From: Raillietiella orientalis
Taxonomy: Eukaryota
Length of the DNA stretch: 64,000 bases
Direction of reading: 5' to 3'
Assembly: GCA_036172245.1 (NCBI GenBank)
Contig: JAYWIR010000001.1
Coordinates: forward strand, 4,960,001-5,024,000
This document shows, piece by piece, positions 11,403-24,278 of this stretch. Position 1 is the stretch's first letter. Each line of letters starts with the position of its first letter. The notes beneath the pieces were generated by a model, which saw only the letters and a program-made list of their open reading frames with translations, ran no database searches and was not told where the DNA came from. A program made the position numbers and the translations under genes.

Positions 11403-14400
11403 TTAATGAGGCGAACGGTTCTTCAGCATCTGGAAAACCAAAAGAAAAAATAGTTGAGGGTTTTCTTTACTCTTTTGATTACGAGATGCCCATGTAGAAC
11501 AGCTGACTCAGAGACGTTGGGTTCTCGAAAGATCGCTTTCCTTTGACGGAGCAATCACTGTCGAATCACGAAGTTTATTGAGCTTTGATAGTTTCAAAAA
11601 AAGGAAGGAAAAACAAGAACTTATGTGAATGAAGGTGCACGTTGCGGGCCATCATTTGCGCATCTCCCATAAAACTGCCATTTGCTTCCACTCGTGGAGC
11701 AGCCTCCAAATTGATCACTCTGCCCCAGCGTATTGACGGGCAGAATTAACCATTCCAACGCAGATCCCTCTTCTTTGTTTATCAGAGCGGCCTTCGATGA
11801 TTATCGAATGGTTGCGTATTTCTTGTTCTGCATCCGACCAGTCAATCGGCATGCAGATGTCCGTCCTGCCTGTCCTCGTGTTTTCTCTTTTGCCTGGTCA
11901 CGTGTGGCAGCGGACCCTGAGCTGGGAGATGATAGTGTCAGGAAAAGTAATATCTCCATCAGTGGACCATGGTGCGATGGGATTAACCTTGCCGGGCTGC
12001 TGCCGCATCTCGCGTCCGAAATTGAGAACCTGGGCGTTCCCCGCTCTTCCGCTCTTTCGGCGGAAGTCCTGAGAAGGCAGCAGTGCACAGCCCGCGAGGC
12101 CGATCCCATCTCTTCCGCCACGCTCACTTCGGAATGGGGGACCAAGTCGGCAGACCAGAGCTCTTGGGAGGTTTCCAAGGTATTGCTGCTCACCCGCGAG
12201 GCACAGATAAGTCTGCAAGAGCTCATCCCGGTTCCAAGGCGTTTTCGTCTTTTTTTTCTCGCTGGAGCTGAATTCTGCATCCAGGCAACGGAGAGGAAGC
12301 CTCAGAGACGCAAGTCGTCGGCTGCAAATCTCATCTCCCCACAGCTCGAAATGTGTCACTGGACCTCATCCGTCTTGCATTCGTCCAGTCGACAGAATGA
12401 ACCCGAAAGGAGGCAAACGGATGCATCGGCAAAGACTGGAAAAAAAATAAAAATGCAAGATCAGTTTCATCAGCCCTTTTATTCCAGATTTGCATTCCGT
12501 CTTTTTGATGTGTCTTTCATTCCACCATCGTTTCATCTTTCATCACAGATCTTGGGGGATTTTAATGAAGACGGATTCGTTCATTTGGGGGCAAATATCC
12601 GCTGGGAGCGCGGAAGGCGGAATTCCCCGAAACTGGGGCATCTCCAGCAACCGGAGCCTCCTGTCCCTGAGTGCAGTGCCACCGGGACACTGTTCCGCGT
12701 GTAATTAGCTGGAGGGAGACTTTGCCGCGGATTCATAACAGACGTTCAGATATGCTCCGAGGAACTTACTCGGGAAAAACTGAAATTTCATGAATCCAAT
12801 CTCCGAGGAACGCGTGTTCATGAGGGGGGGAGGGGCTCGCTGACTGGCAACCGCAGAGTTCCTCCGGCTCTCGAAAAAACAAGAGCTCCAACTGTGCTTC
12901 CCAAGCCGGCAAAACACAAGCTACCGGTGAGCTCGGGTTCCTCATCCAGCAGGATGCACTGCTCTGCTCTCTGAATTCGTTGGACCGTCAAGTTCTTGCG
13001 TCAAGAGGGGATCCGATGCGACTTTTCCTATGTTTTTCCCCCTGGAAACCAGATGCGTTCTCCGTCGACTTTCTCCATAGTCGCATTCCTCCAGGGTGAG
13101 CGGACTCTTCGAGCAAAGCACCAAGCGTTTTGTCCAGATAGAAAATCGCACGGGAAGTGTTTTTGCTGTTGTTTAGAAACAGGAAAAAACAAAGGACGTT
13201 GAGGAAGAGGAGAGGAGAAGGTGGGAGGGGTAAAACAAATTATAAGGAAATAAGAAGAAAAAGGAAAAGAAAATTTAAAAGGGGGTTTGTTAAGTTTTTG
13301 CAAAAAAAAAAAAAGATCCATCCTGCTGAGGCAAGCCTCAAGGAGCTCTTCCCGCGGCAGGCAAATCCCCTTAGCAGCCATAAACCCGGTTGGATGCATC
13401 AAAATAGGTGAGTGGGTTGTGCTTTCACAAATAGCTCAACCGGCGTGCTGGGACAGCAGGGTGGCAGATGTGAGAAGATCAGGACGCGCACTATGTTTGA
13501 TGTGCTCGTGGGTGATGAATTGGATGCATCTCTTTCACCGCTGCAGGCTGCAGTGAGTGCACCACGGAGAGACCGCAGGAAGAAAGTTCGGATCCCGAAG
13601 CTCAGTCCACGGGAATGGTTTGTTGAGGCTCCAAATTTCGGATCCTGGATCGCGGCGAAGTGCGCGTGCGCGGGTCACGAATACGGGAGCTCGAGGACCG
13701 ATTTCGATGCACCCTTTCGTGAATCTTCCTGCATAAACCAGGAGACATGACCCCCTCCGAAGGGAACGCGCCGAGTTGCGGATTCTTTACGGTAAACCGC
13801 TTTAGCACGACATCCGAGGTTTCCACAGAGTGATCCAGCCATCCAACTCAGGGAAGGAATCCCGAAAAATCGAAGGCAGGAATCGAACAGGAGGGAGACA
13901 TTGGTCTGCATCCACATCTGGTCCTTTATCCGCCAGCAGGCTAGTGGTGCCTGGAGCGAGATTCGCCAGAAACAGATGCACGGACTGCTTCCTTCCCAAG
14001 GTTTATGATCCTCCGGGAAAATCGACCTGAAAGTGTCGCTCCTCTACATCCCTGTGCTCATTTTTGGAACCGCGGCAGTCCTGTAATTGCACGTTCTCCA
14101 AAAACAGAGGTGCCCACAGGAGCATTAACCAGCATCGGATTGGCTGCTCTGAAAGTCAAATCTCCATCTTTCGTTCGAAAGAGGAATTTCATCATGTATT
14201 ACAAAGTATCAAATTTTGTGATGTTCCAAAGAGTCAAAGGAAGCGAACACTTTTGGAGCATTCAATACCCACAGGTGCATTTGGATTCTATGAAGGTCAG
14301 CAGAAGGCCAGGTCGCACCCCTTGAGCAAACCTGAGAAGGAAGCTGCTTCCACAAGTGCGATCCTAAACCATTGCTTCGGTGTTACGTATCGAGACCACC

Positions 14401-17174
14401 TCCCTCAGCGTCTTCTGTGGATTATGCTGTCTGATTGATTAACTGGTGATTATTCCAGGCAGCAGGGCAAAAAAAATCGTGCGAATTAGCTGCTCTCGAT
14501 GTGAGGCGCGCGTGAGAGAAGACCACGGAATTGCAAACACAGCGACAACTCTTTTTGTACTGCTTCTATTTGAATAAGTTTGGATCCAACCACCTCTGTG
14601 TGCTCAAGAACGCCTGGCTGCCTGTATCTGGCAAGCGTGTCGAGGGAATTCTGAAAACAGAATCTCCCTTGTTGCTATGCGTTGTCACCAGACGAACTTG
14701 GCACTTGAATCTTCTTCCATCCCCGTATCTCCATGCCGAAATCAGTATGAAAGTGAATGCAGGTCGATATAGGCAGCCTGATGAAGAAGTGGAACCGCAG
14801 ATGGAACTTTGGCATAAACAGCTCGTCCACGTTGCTGCTGCTACCGGTCATCGAAAGCGAAAATTGCTACATCTGCTGCTGAAGCAACCGGGAAACAGAG
14901 CTGTTTTCCGCCATCTTTTATCAGCGCCTTCTCCCATCAACTCCAAAACTCAAAAGCCGAATTCTCTGTTCGAGTAATCCTTCTATGCTCCCGTATATAG
15001 AAAATTGTGGTCTTTCCTTCGCTTGGAAAGCAACATCCGCGTTCTTCTATCAGGAGCATCTTCGAAGGGCGTGCTTTGAACCATTTGTACATGATGAACG
15101 TGCCTTCATCATGCCGACTGCTCCGAATTTCTTGCCGCAATCGTTCCTCTAACCACGTGTTAGCTAAATGATTAACTCGATCTTCTACACTTGAGTAACA
15201 CAATAAAAAATAGAAAGTGAGATGTGGGCTTCCCATATTAGGAAAGCAAGACTGATCGTGTCTGCTTAGTTTCATCAACTACTCAAGACCGCGAAGCTTT
15301 CGTGTCTGCGTAGTCATGCTGAAATAGGATGCTGCGTGTTGACAGTGACAACAGATTGTGCGGGGAACGAAAATTCATTCTTGTCATAATTCTATGGATC
15401 GGATAACACGTCATCCAGTCAGCGAGCGAAATTTTTTTTCGTGCTGCAGGGTTCTTCATCCGAAAAAAGGAAAAAAAAAAAAAAATGGGCACACTGCTTC
15501 TTTGTAAAGCGAACTACCAGTTTCTACGGAATCACGAAGCACTTGTAATATCGGGAGCACCTCCATCCGCTCTCCATCGAAGCATATGACACTGAAGAGA
15601 AGCAACGAAGAGCTTTAGAATTTTGGAATCGCTCGCCACGAAAATTCAAGACAAGCTCAAGAGAAGATGGGTGGTTCTTTGGAGTAGCTTGGAAGATTCC
15701 GTGAATGTGGCTTCTGAGCGTAGAATAAGGCTTTTTCTCGGATCTTCCTTCTTCTTGTTCTTTAAGCTGTCGTTCCCCGAGGTATATTAGCTGAAACGCA
15801 GCTGCCTTTGTAGTTGAGCTCCGAAAAGGAAGTTCTTCGTGCTCTTCCCATTTTCGGAGATCGTAGAACACACCTATCGATGTGCATTTTCCACGGATGA
15901 GACGTGAACATCTGCAAGCAAGCTCGCGTATCACTTCGCTCCCAATATCTGATGAGACACTGTTAATCTCTGATGGTACTCAAGAGCACCATCAAAGATT
16001 CCGGTTGATTGAAGAAACTAAACAAATTCATGTTCTAAAGGGAACGTGCGAAATGTTTCTCGAAATATTTTTTTTTTTTTTTTCATTCACCCCAAAGGAC
16101 TGTGTCGTAACACGGGCAGGTTTGGTATTCCTGCGCTCTTCTGGTACAGTGGCAGCTATCAACTGCTCCCAAGATCAGTGCTCTCACACGTTGCAACTTT
16201 CAGATCATCCCTGCATTACCGATCGCCCTCAAAAATGACCGAAAGGATGAAAACTCCGTGAAAAATAGAAGAAAAAAAAAGAAAAAAGGTGACTAAAGGA
16301 GAACACCGCGAAGCGGCCCTAATTCAGTGGAGTCTAGAGGGCCCTGCGTGTCTTCAAGAACACGTGAAGCTGGAAACAAGGGGAGTTGAAGTCTCTGCCG
16401 ATGACTACGCATCTAAAAGGGAGGATGCTCGCGCAAGAAGGAACTACTTTTCACACACAACACACACACACACACACACACGGAAAAAAAAATTCCTTCG
16501 GTTCCCTCTTGGAATTGCACATCGGCTGCAACAACCGCCCTATCGAACAAACACGTTGATCGATGACGAAGCGCCACACATTCTGCACCACGAATTAACA
16601 CGGAAAGCAAAGGGAATGAGGCGATTTTCGCGAGCGGGAAAAGCCCAAGACGGGAGAGGGACTTTGCGCTGCGTGATTTCAAGAACCTCCGCGGGAGAGG
16701 ACAGCTGGAAACCCGACGGGCGCTTTCCGCCAGCGCGAGGCAGCGCACGCCTTGGAGACGGGGTGGGGAGTGGGGGAACCCCGTGGAAATTCGAGGGTGG
16801 ACTCCCAATCAATCAGGAAGCAGAAAGCGGCGTTACCTGGAATTAGGAAGCGGGGCCGGGAAGCAAATCTCGGCGCCGAATCACAAGCGGGAGCGTTGCT
16901 GGGACCGCCGGGGCGAGATGGGGAGTTCGCCTGACAGGGGCGCAGAACGCGCGCGATCGGCTGCCAAATGACAGGCCGAACGCGAAGTGCCTCCAGCAAT
17001 TACCCCGAGCTCGCGGGAAAGAGAGACCCCGCCGGCGGAACGAACAAGTCGGGAATCGGGAATCTCCGGATTTGCAAGCTCCGAATTACCGCCCACTCTT
17101 TTTGCTTCGTGTTTGCGGACCCCGCCGCGGTCAAGTGGATTCAACGCATTTCCCTGCTTCGCTCCTTTTGCACT

Positions 17175-17495
17175 TCTACCGGCCGGTCGCTCCTCGAGGA
17201 TTACAAACTTCTTCAAGGTCCCCGGGAACGAGAGGATCTAATAAGGTGGCTTCCTGGGAAATCGGCATCCTCGACTGCGCTAGCTCCCCGATTCCTGGAT
17301 CGCCTGATGATGGTGTTGCGCCGGACGCGCTTCTATGGAAGCGCCGCTGCATCTCCGCCTGCAGGAGTGGCATCCCCGAAGCAGGCGTGGTTCCTTACGC
17401 GGCGTGGACAACGGGCCTCCCATGACCGTGGCTGCTCACCAAGCATCGCGCGCCGGCACTTCGGACGCACTCGCAGGTGCACTCGATCCCGGTAT
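17175..17495 (+). pseudogene. Decayed ankyrin-repeat coding fragment
   Basis: Joined across frameshifts: TGRSLL...EDLIRWL; EAPLHL-ACRSGIPE-AWFLTRRG; HQASRAG-DALAGALDPG. These match the ankyrin consensus TPLHxAxxxGhxexvxxLLxxGA in 2-3 consecutive units. Confidence 0.4.
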
Positions 17496-19540
17496 TCCAG
17501 ACGGGAAACCTGCGGCCTCAGAACCAACGGGACGAAAGGAGTCACGTCGGCGACCGGAGCCGTGTCTTCTTTCGTGTAGTGATTACCTTCCGCGGCATGT
17601 CGCGGAAATCACGGCAGTAATTTGTTGAATCTTGAGGATCGTTCCCAAGGCATTGGAGGGGGGGAGGGAAATCCAGCCTTACCCTCGGGAGGGAGAGAAC
17701 GAGATTACCGTGTAGCGTTGACCCCCTTGAGCGTGAAGAAATTTTTTTCTTGTGTGTTTCTGCTTAAACACATGGAGCGGTGTGTCATCCATCAACTCAT
17801 TTTCAGGCGGTGACGCAGGTATAATCGAAGAGACGAGGGGCCCTGCAAGTGAGAACGGGGCCATGAGACGAGAGCCCTCTGCGCGCAGCCTCGGAGCGGA
17901 TTTTTAATTGCGAGGGTTGCGAGGACCAGCGGTATCCAAGGAAGAGCTGCTGCGTCCCCATAGGGAGCGAAGGAACGGAGAACGGCAAACGCACTTCAAA
18001 GATCAATACTCGTCCTTAATCCTTTCTGCACGGAAAGACGATCGTGTTTAATGCCCAGCTGCAGAATAAAAATTAATTCGAGGAAAGATGAAAGTATAAT
18101 TTCCAATATAGTCCAGAAGAAAAAGAAAAAAAAGGGATGCGATGCAAATCCGACTTCAAATTCGAGAACCAATCTGAATATCAAAAGAATTTAATCAGAC
18201 GTTTCCTTTGGCTTTTGATTGATTCCTCATCACGCACCGTAGAATGATGAAATTCGAAAACTTCTGACGGCTTCATTTCGCCGGAGCTCAAGAGCTCAAC
18301 AGGAATTGAAATTCTAAATGCTGGACACGGAAGAAGTTGTCGAGAACTTTCCAGATTTCCAATCCTCCTCTCGAAGAAGAAGAAGAAAAAAAAATAGCAC
18401 AAAAAATGACTGATTTCATCTTCTCTAAAAAGGTTAAAAAAAAAAAAGCAAAAAAAGGACGAGGCTTGAAATTCTCGTTCCTATTTTTGTTTGGTTCGAA
18501 GCAATTGGCGAAAGGAAGCCTTCTGGCGACCACCACCCACCCCCGGCACCGTTTGTTTTCAGTCAGCCCGTACTCCGGGATCCCCACACTCGTCTTCCCC
18601 TGCTGGAATGAGTTCGATCTTCAATCATTGGGAGTGGAATTGTGGCGCAAACCTCGTATCGAGATCCTTACCACCCCAAGTGACGCGCCACGGATCTGGC
18701 AAACACTTCCAGGCATTCCTCCAGGGGACGGCTGTTGCCGGGATTGCCTGTTTTCCCAGAAGACCATCCGTAGTAAAGCTCAACACCGAAAGATGTTTAC
18801 CTTCTTGATATCTAGAAACGCAGTCAGATTAATCCGTACTCTATTGGTTTCGAAATCCTATGCTGCTTATCACGGTCGCTAGGGCCAACCTTTTTCGGAA
18901 TGGAAAATTCCCGAATAAATGCTTCACGTGTGCACCGTGCTGGAGGCACGCAGATAGCAAGGTTTGGCCTTCGACGTTTGGTAATTTCCACGGGGTCCTG
19001 CAGCCGGAGAGGGTCGTAAAAACAAATTTCCGACTCTCGATCGAACGCGGGCGGAATTCTCCGTGACTCGATCGGACGGCATAGAAAGTCATTTGTCTCC
19101 ATGATTTGCATTTGCAAACCTAAGAAAGCGGAAGACCGCAGCAGAATAAGGTGTTCACCGTCGTTCAGTCTCCTGGCTTCTCGGCTTTGGGGCCGCTCCC
19201 CTGTCCCCATGCGCTGATGGCCTTGGTGCGCCAAAGAGAAAATCAGCAGCAGCATTGGAGGTGATGAAAGGCGCGCGTGCTCTTCGCGCGCGCCTCTTTA
19301 CGTTTGCTTTCTGCTGGAAGCTGAGTGAACGGAATTTGGCGCAAGTTGGCTCGCAAAGTTCAACTGCATTCTCGGCACCATTTTCGAACTGCAGGTTGTT
19401 ATAGACAGCTGTGGTCCTTTTAAGTCCTCTCTTCAATAACAAGGTGAAAAACACACATACACACACGCGTGAAAACTGCGCGCATCAAGAATTCTATCGC
19501 TGTGAAGATAGCGGTGTGGTACACACCCCTATGTCCTCCG

Positions 19541-19663
19541 CCGTGTCTCTTCCTCAGCATACGTGCCAACCGCAGCCATGTCTCTTTTTCAACCACATGA
19601 CCGTGTCTCTTTTTCAACATACGTGCCAACCTCAGCCATGTCTTTTTTTTTCAACATACATGA
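19541..19663. repeat. 60-bp direct tandem duplication, itself built from CCRTGTCTCTTTTTCAAC sub-repeats
   Basis: CCGTGTCTCTTCCTCAGCATACGTGCCAACCGCAGCCATGTCTCTTTTTCAACCACATGA at 19541 is repeated at 19601 with few changes. Confidence 0.9.
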
Positions 19664-19911
19664 GAGCCTTTAGTATTCTGGGTTCAAACTCATGACTCAT
19701 CTATTGCTGGAGGATACAATGCACACGTAATTCCTGAATAACAGCTATCATTGCTTTGAGGCTGGGCCCAGCGTTAGGGGAAGATGATCATCATGTTATT
19801 TTCTTTGCATTTGGGAAGAGTAACTGATGTGAATTTGCTTTTTCTTTTTTTTGGGTGGGGTTTGCTAAGTGCTGATGAACCGCTCGACTCCTTATGGAGG
19901 GGGGGGGGGGG

Positions 19912-20477
19912 AGAGGAGGGTTACAGAGCTCTTTAACACTTTCCACGCCGCCTGAGGGTGAGTGTGACTTTTCAAGTTATGGAAGGTTACCCCGGAGAGG
20001 CCACCCTATGAATCCAGGAATGGCAGCGGGGGAAGGAGTACGGGGTTTGTTTTTTCTCTGGAGGGAACCTGCTAGGGATCCGTCCCTGGCTTATTCCCCA
20101 GAAGCGATGCTCCCGAATTTCCCTGAAGGGCGCTTCCCGAAGGTGGGCTTCTGGCACTGTGTAGAGGCAAACCCTCGAGGGGGGCGTCAGACAGATCCAT
20201 GGAACGCGACGGAGCGCTTCATGTTCACAACAAATGGACAAGGAGGAAAGTCATCTCGTTGATTCCTGGAAGGACCCCTGCCAGTCAACGGGGGCATCCG
20301 GTTCCCAGCTTCCAACAGTGCCACACCCAAAAGTTGCAGGTCAGCCGGCGTCATCCTGCTGTTCGAAACCCATGACGCAACCATTTCTCGGCGTCGATCC
20401 TTCTCCTGGTGGGATTCGAACCCGCAGCTCTTGGCACCACGAGAAAAAACCGCAGCCACACGGCCGCCAACGAGGGC
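19912..20477 (-). mobile_element. tRNA-derived SINE family B copy
   Basis: Perfect B box (GGATTCGAACC on + at ~20412-20422). Body blocks GTTGATTCCTGGAAGGACCCCTGCCAGTCAACGGGGGC and CAGATCCATGGAACGCGAC are reverse complements of the 10.9-kb copy. The 3' end matches 11300-11402. Confidence 0.85.
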
Positions 20478-21634
20478 CGTGTGGCTATGGTGATTTGCCG
20501 GTCGGCAATTCGAAGCAAACAGCGTATTGGCAGTTACGAATTCACAACGAATTTGGGATGAAACCTCGCAATTTTTTTGCTCGGAAACCAAGCTGACGAA
20601 GGAGATACGTGTAGCATGCTTTTGCCACTTGATGTTTGGCAAGTCTTCCAGAGAACATCCTGGATTTCTTTAGCCGTTCTTAAACGTCTGAGGCTTCCGT
20701 TCAAGGTCCACCGAAAATGGTCACGATGAGGGCGAAGCGGTCCTTACTCTTTTTTTTGTGCTGTCAGCTGCCTGATGAACACGACTCTCGTGAATGAATG
20801 GAGTGCAGCTTTGTTGTTCTTCTGCCCAAGCATTCTATAGAAGCCAAAATAGAGAAGTATTCAAATCCCTGTGTTTATTTCCTTTTGTTTTTTACGAGAT
20901 GCTTCTGTGCTGCAGAGAACAAGATGAGTGTTTTCTCATTTCCCTGAGGAAACTTTGATGGAGAAAAATCCTTGAAAAAAAGTGGTGCAGCTTTTCATCC
21001 CCCTAGCAATCTTGGTACGATGTCCAGGCTTTCCAGGATAGGGACTAATGGAAACTGGTGTGCTCTGGTTTCCACTGAAGAGTTCTCTTGCCACCCAACG
21101 GACGAAGCACACTGCCTTTACTGGACTTCCAATCAGCAGAGTATCTGCCCAGACAGCTGCTTGGTGGAACCTCTCGTGAAGAAACCTTAGAGTTAATTTC
21201 GGGCGGTTAAAATTTTTCCAGGAACTAGAATTAACTGACGATTTCCTCTTTCCCTTTTTAAGGGCCCCATGCAACGAATTTTCGGTCTATTCTATTGGAA
21301 TTTAATTGTGATTAGCTAATGAAAAGAGACAGAAAACGGACCCCGCATCCTGGTTCCCACGTAACTCGGTGATAAGATCTTTAACCCGTTCTTCAAAACT
21401 TGTTTGAAGGTGGTTGCATGGGGCTCTCGTGAAAGGACCTCAGAATTAAAATAGATAATCTTCCTACGCATCAGAAACCACGTGGATTTTCGAAGACCTG
21501 AATGTGCCCCCGTAAAGATGTGGGGCAATTTATGCGAATGCCGTGGATCGCGCGTATTAAATTTCGAGATTAGATCATCAAAGTTCTCTCGGGCACAAAG
21601 AAACGAGAACAAAAGACCGAGAGGAATGGAGGCG

Positions 21635-21740
21635 GATGCCTGAGTTTGTCCGCAAACCGAACAAATCGCCCCACTCTCTTTTTGATCTGAGCAAGTGTGC
21701 ACTTGGTGATTGCCTCCATGGTGCACCCGCCGTGCCGGAA
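21635..21740 (-). mobile_element. Possible degenerate gag-like zinc-knuckle (LINE ORF1) fragment
   Basis: RVHHGGNHQVHTCSDQKESGAICSVCGQTQA resembles the CxxCGGxHxxxxC...CxNCGxxH knuckles of Jockey/I ORF1, but several ligands are mutated. Confidence 0.25.
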
Positions 21741-24232
21741 GTTTGCCGAGGAGCTTTAAGAGTGCACCGCTGCTGCAAGACGCTTCGGTTCCTCCCTTCA
21801 ACTTCCCATCGCAAAAGATCTCCCTGCAACTAGAATCCGAGCTCTCGCACAATGCAAAAAGTCGCGATTCCTTCTGTTGATTTCCACGCTCGGGAGAAAT
21901 CGATAGAAATGGGGACTGCTCTGGAATATCAGGTATTTAATTTCAGCCTGAGGTTCAGCTGCAAGAAGATCGTGTGATGCTCAGAGGAATAGAGGGATTT
22001 TTTTTTTAATGCGAAAATATCAGACTTAATTAACGTTATTTATTAGACGTTTGCTTCGTGTTCTTCGGCAAAACGGATTTGCTGGTAGCATGGGTGACTC
22101 CCAACAGTTTACTTACGCGGGAACCATTCCCTTAATTTATCAGCTTCCCTAAAAACTTAAACTGCTCTTTGCAATGATCTATGACCTCTCTCGCGAAAAT
22201 CTTCGTATATTAAACACGTAGCTCTTCCTTTAGACTATTTTGGTGCAAATTTTGATTTATTTAACAAAAAAAAAAAAATCCCTCCTTTCTTTCTCGAAGC
22301 GCCTTTTAAAGATAGAAGCTGATTTATCCCGTCAGCCGCTTTTCCCTTTAAAACCTGCATCAATTTCATAATTGGGAACAAATTCCTACTCCTGTCCTAA
22401 TGCCAAAACAGGGATTCCCCTCCATAATTTCTAGCAACGGTAATGGAAACCTTTTTGATTCGTGGAACTAAAGTGCATGTTGTTGATTTTGGAATCTCAC
22501 TGCTGAGAGGTAGAGAGGCTGTCGAGATGAACTGGCCAGTGGTTGCTTGTGAGCGACCTCCGAGGAATTCGCTCCAAGATCAAAGAAAGAATCATTACGT
22601 CATCATCCAGCACGGCGGCAGCACCTTGTTCTTCGCCGCACAGCACTTATGTCTCCCATGAGCAAACGCCCTCTTCAGGTACTTCGAACTGAAGGATGCT
22701 TTGTGCCCCAACGTGGAATTCTTATTTTGTTTTCATCGCTCTGAAGGATTTCATTCCTTTTCGAAACTCCAGCTTTTTTTTTTTCTTTTTCCTTTTTTTT
22801 GTGGGAGGGGGGGCGTTCCAGAGGAACAGGCTGGATACTCGGAACCTTATCTTCTCAATTTCTGGTTTCACCTTGTACGGCACCTAGCTTTCCCTTCCTC
22901 GCCAATGTTTTGCTGCCTTCTCACGTTGCAGGCCAAGAAGAGATGGAAGTGTTGCGTAAATCTTCGGATGCGAGGGTGAGAAAACTGTTGATGGAAATTT
23001 AACAAAAGACTTGTGTCACTATGGGAACCGCACTTTCCTCCCTCCCCTCCTTTCCTCCTCTCCGACAACCGCATGTGTTTTCCGGAACGCAACAAATGTC
23101 GTCACTTGCCGAGCTAACATATTTCCTCCTCCCTGCTCGTATCGCTCCACGTTCTTGTCTGTCGAAAGAGCGCGTCTCCAGACGGAAAACGATTCGTTCA
23201 GGCTAGAAAGACATCAACAGAAGACACGGAGGATTCGTTGTTTTGCCAGAACGGAGAAGAAATGTCCGCGTGGGTTTGCATTCAGCCTTTGCCTCACAAA
23301 TCGGAGGATGCGCTGCAGGAGATCTATCTGTTCTTTTTGCATTGAGGAGCAGCTTGCTAATTCGTTCGACTCCCCGTCCCCCCAGCCGGCCGAGCCACGC
23401 CCGAATCTAAGGAAACACGCCTGCGGATCATGGAATTTGTTTTCTTTCGGTGGACCATTACCCTGTTTCTCCCGAAACTCCTTCCGAAAAAAATGAAGCC
23501 TGCTTTTTCCGATCCACTTACTTTCTGGCTTCCGGTTTGTTTATGGGTTAGCTCTGAGGGTGGTTCTTGCCGCGCGTTGCCGTGCTACTGAGATGCCATC
23601 CTCGAAGAGTGGCGCACCGCTTTCGAGTTTGTCATTTTCTTACTTGCCATGCATTCTCAAGTTCTCTTTGATCTATTCTTCTTCTCTCTCTCTCCACTAC
23701 GGCATAACTTCTAGGGGAGCTGCAGCGCATAACGGAATTCTCTTCAGAGAAAAAAAATCCCATTTTTTCATCTGAGCGGCCGATCTGAGAACTTGAAAAA
23801 AATTCTGATCCGATTTTTCGAAAGGGTGAGAATTTCAATACCTCTCACATAACGAATTTCAAGAAATGGGTCACCTGAGAGGTTTGGTTCTGCCGAGGCA
23901 GCGAACCATCAACTTGGTTTTCGGCGGAGGATTTCCCTAAAATCTCCCAATTGTCTTCCACTTGAAAAGCGTCGTTGCACCTCCGCCAGGAAAGAAGTAA
24001 ATTTCAACCGGATACCGCTGCTGCTGGCTTCCTTGGATGTTGCTCGCGAGAGACGTGTGACCATCTCATTTCGAGAAGGCTTGCTGCTTCCCAGAATTGC
24101 GATTCCAAAATCAGCATCCACTCTTTCTCCTCCACCTTCTCCTTTCCTCTTCCTCCTTTTCCTCCCTTTCTTCCAAGCGAGAGATTCCAAAAATCAGCAT
24201 CCACTCTCTGCTTTCACAGATCGATAGCTTTC

Positions 24233-24278
24233 CTCCTCTCTCTCTCCCTCTCTCTCTCGCTCTCGCTCTCTCTCTCTC
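24233..24278. repeat. Imperfect (CT)n microsatellite
   Basis: CTCTCTCTCTCCCTCTCTCTCTCGCTCTCGCTCTCTCTCTCTC. Confidence 0.9.

Noticed and set aside
11733-12704. 323-aa ORF
   Set aside because: No recognisable domain, non-ATG start, and it runs through homopolymer tracts; cannot support it as a CDS.
21050-21160. RTE-type LINE C-terminal motif (LGGKR..KP) on the minus strand
   Set aside because: Too short and degenerate to support.
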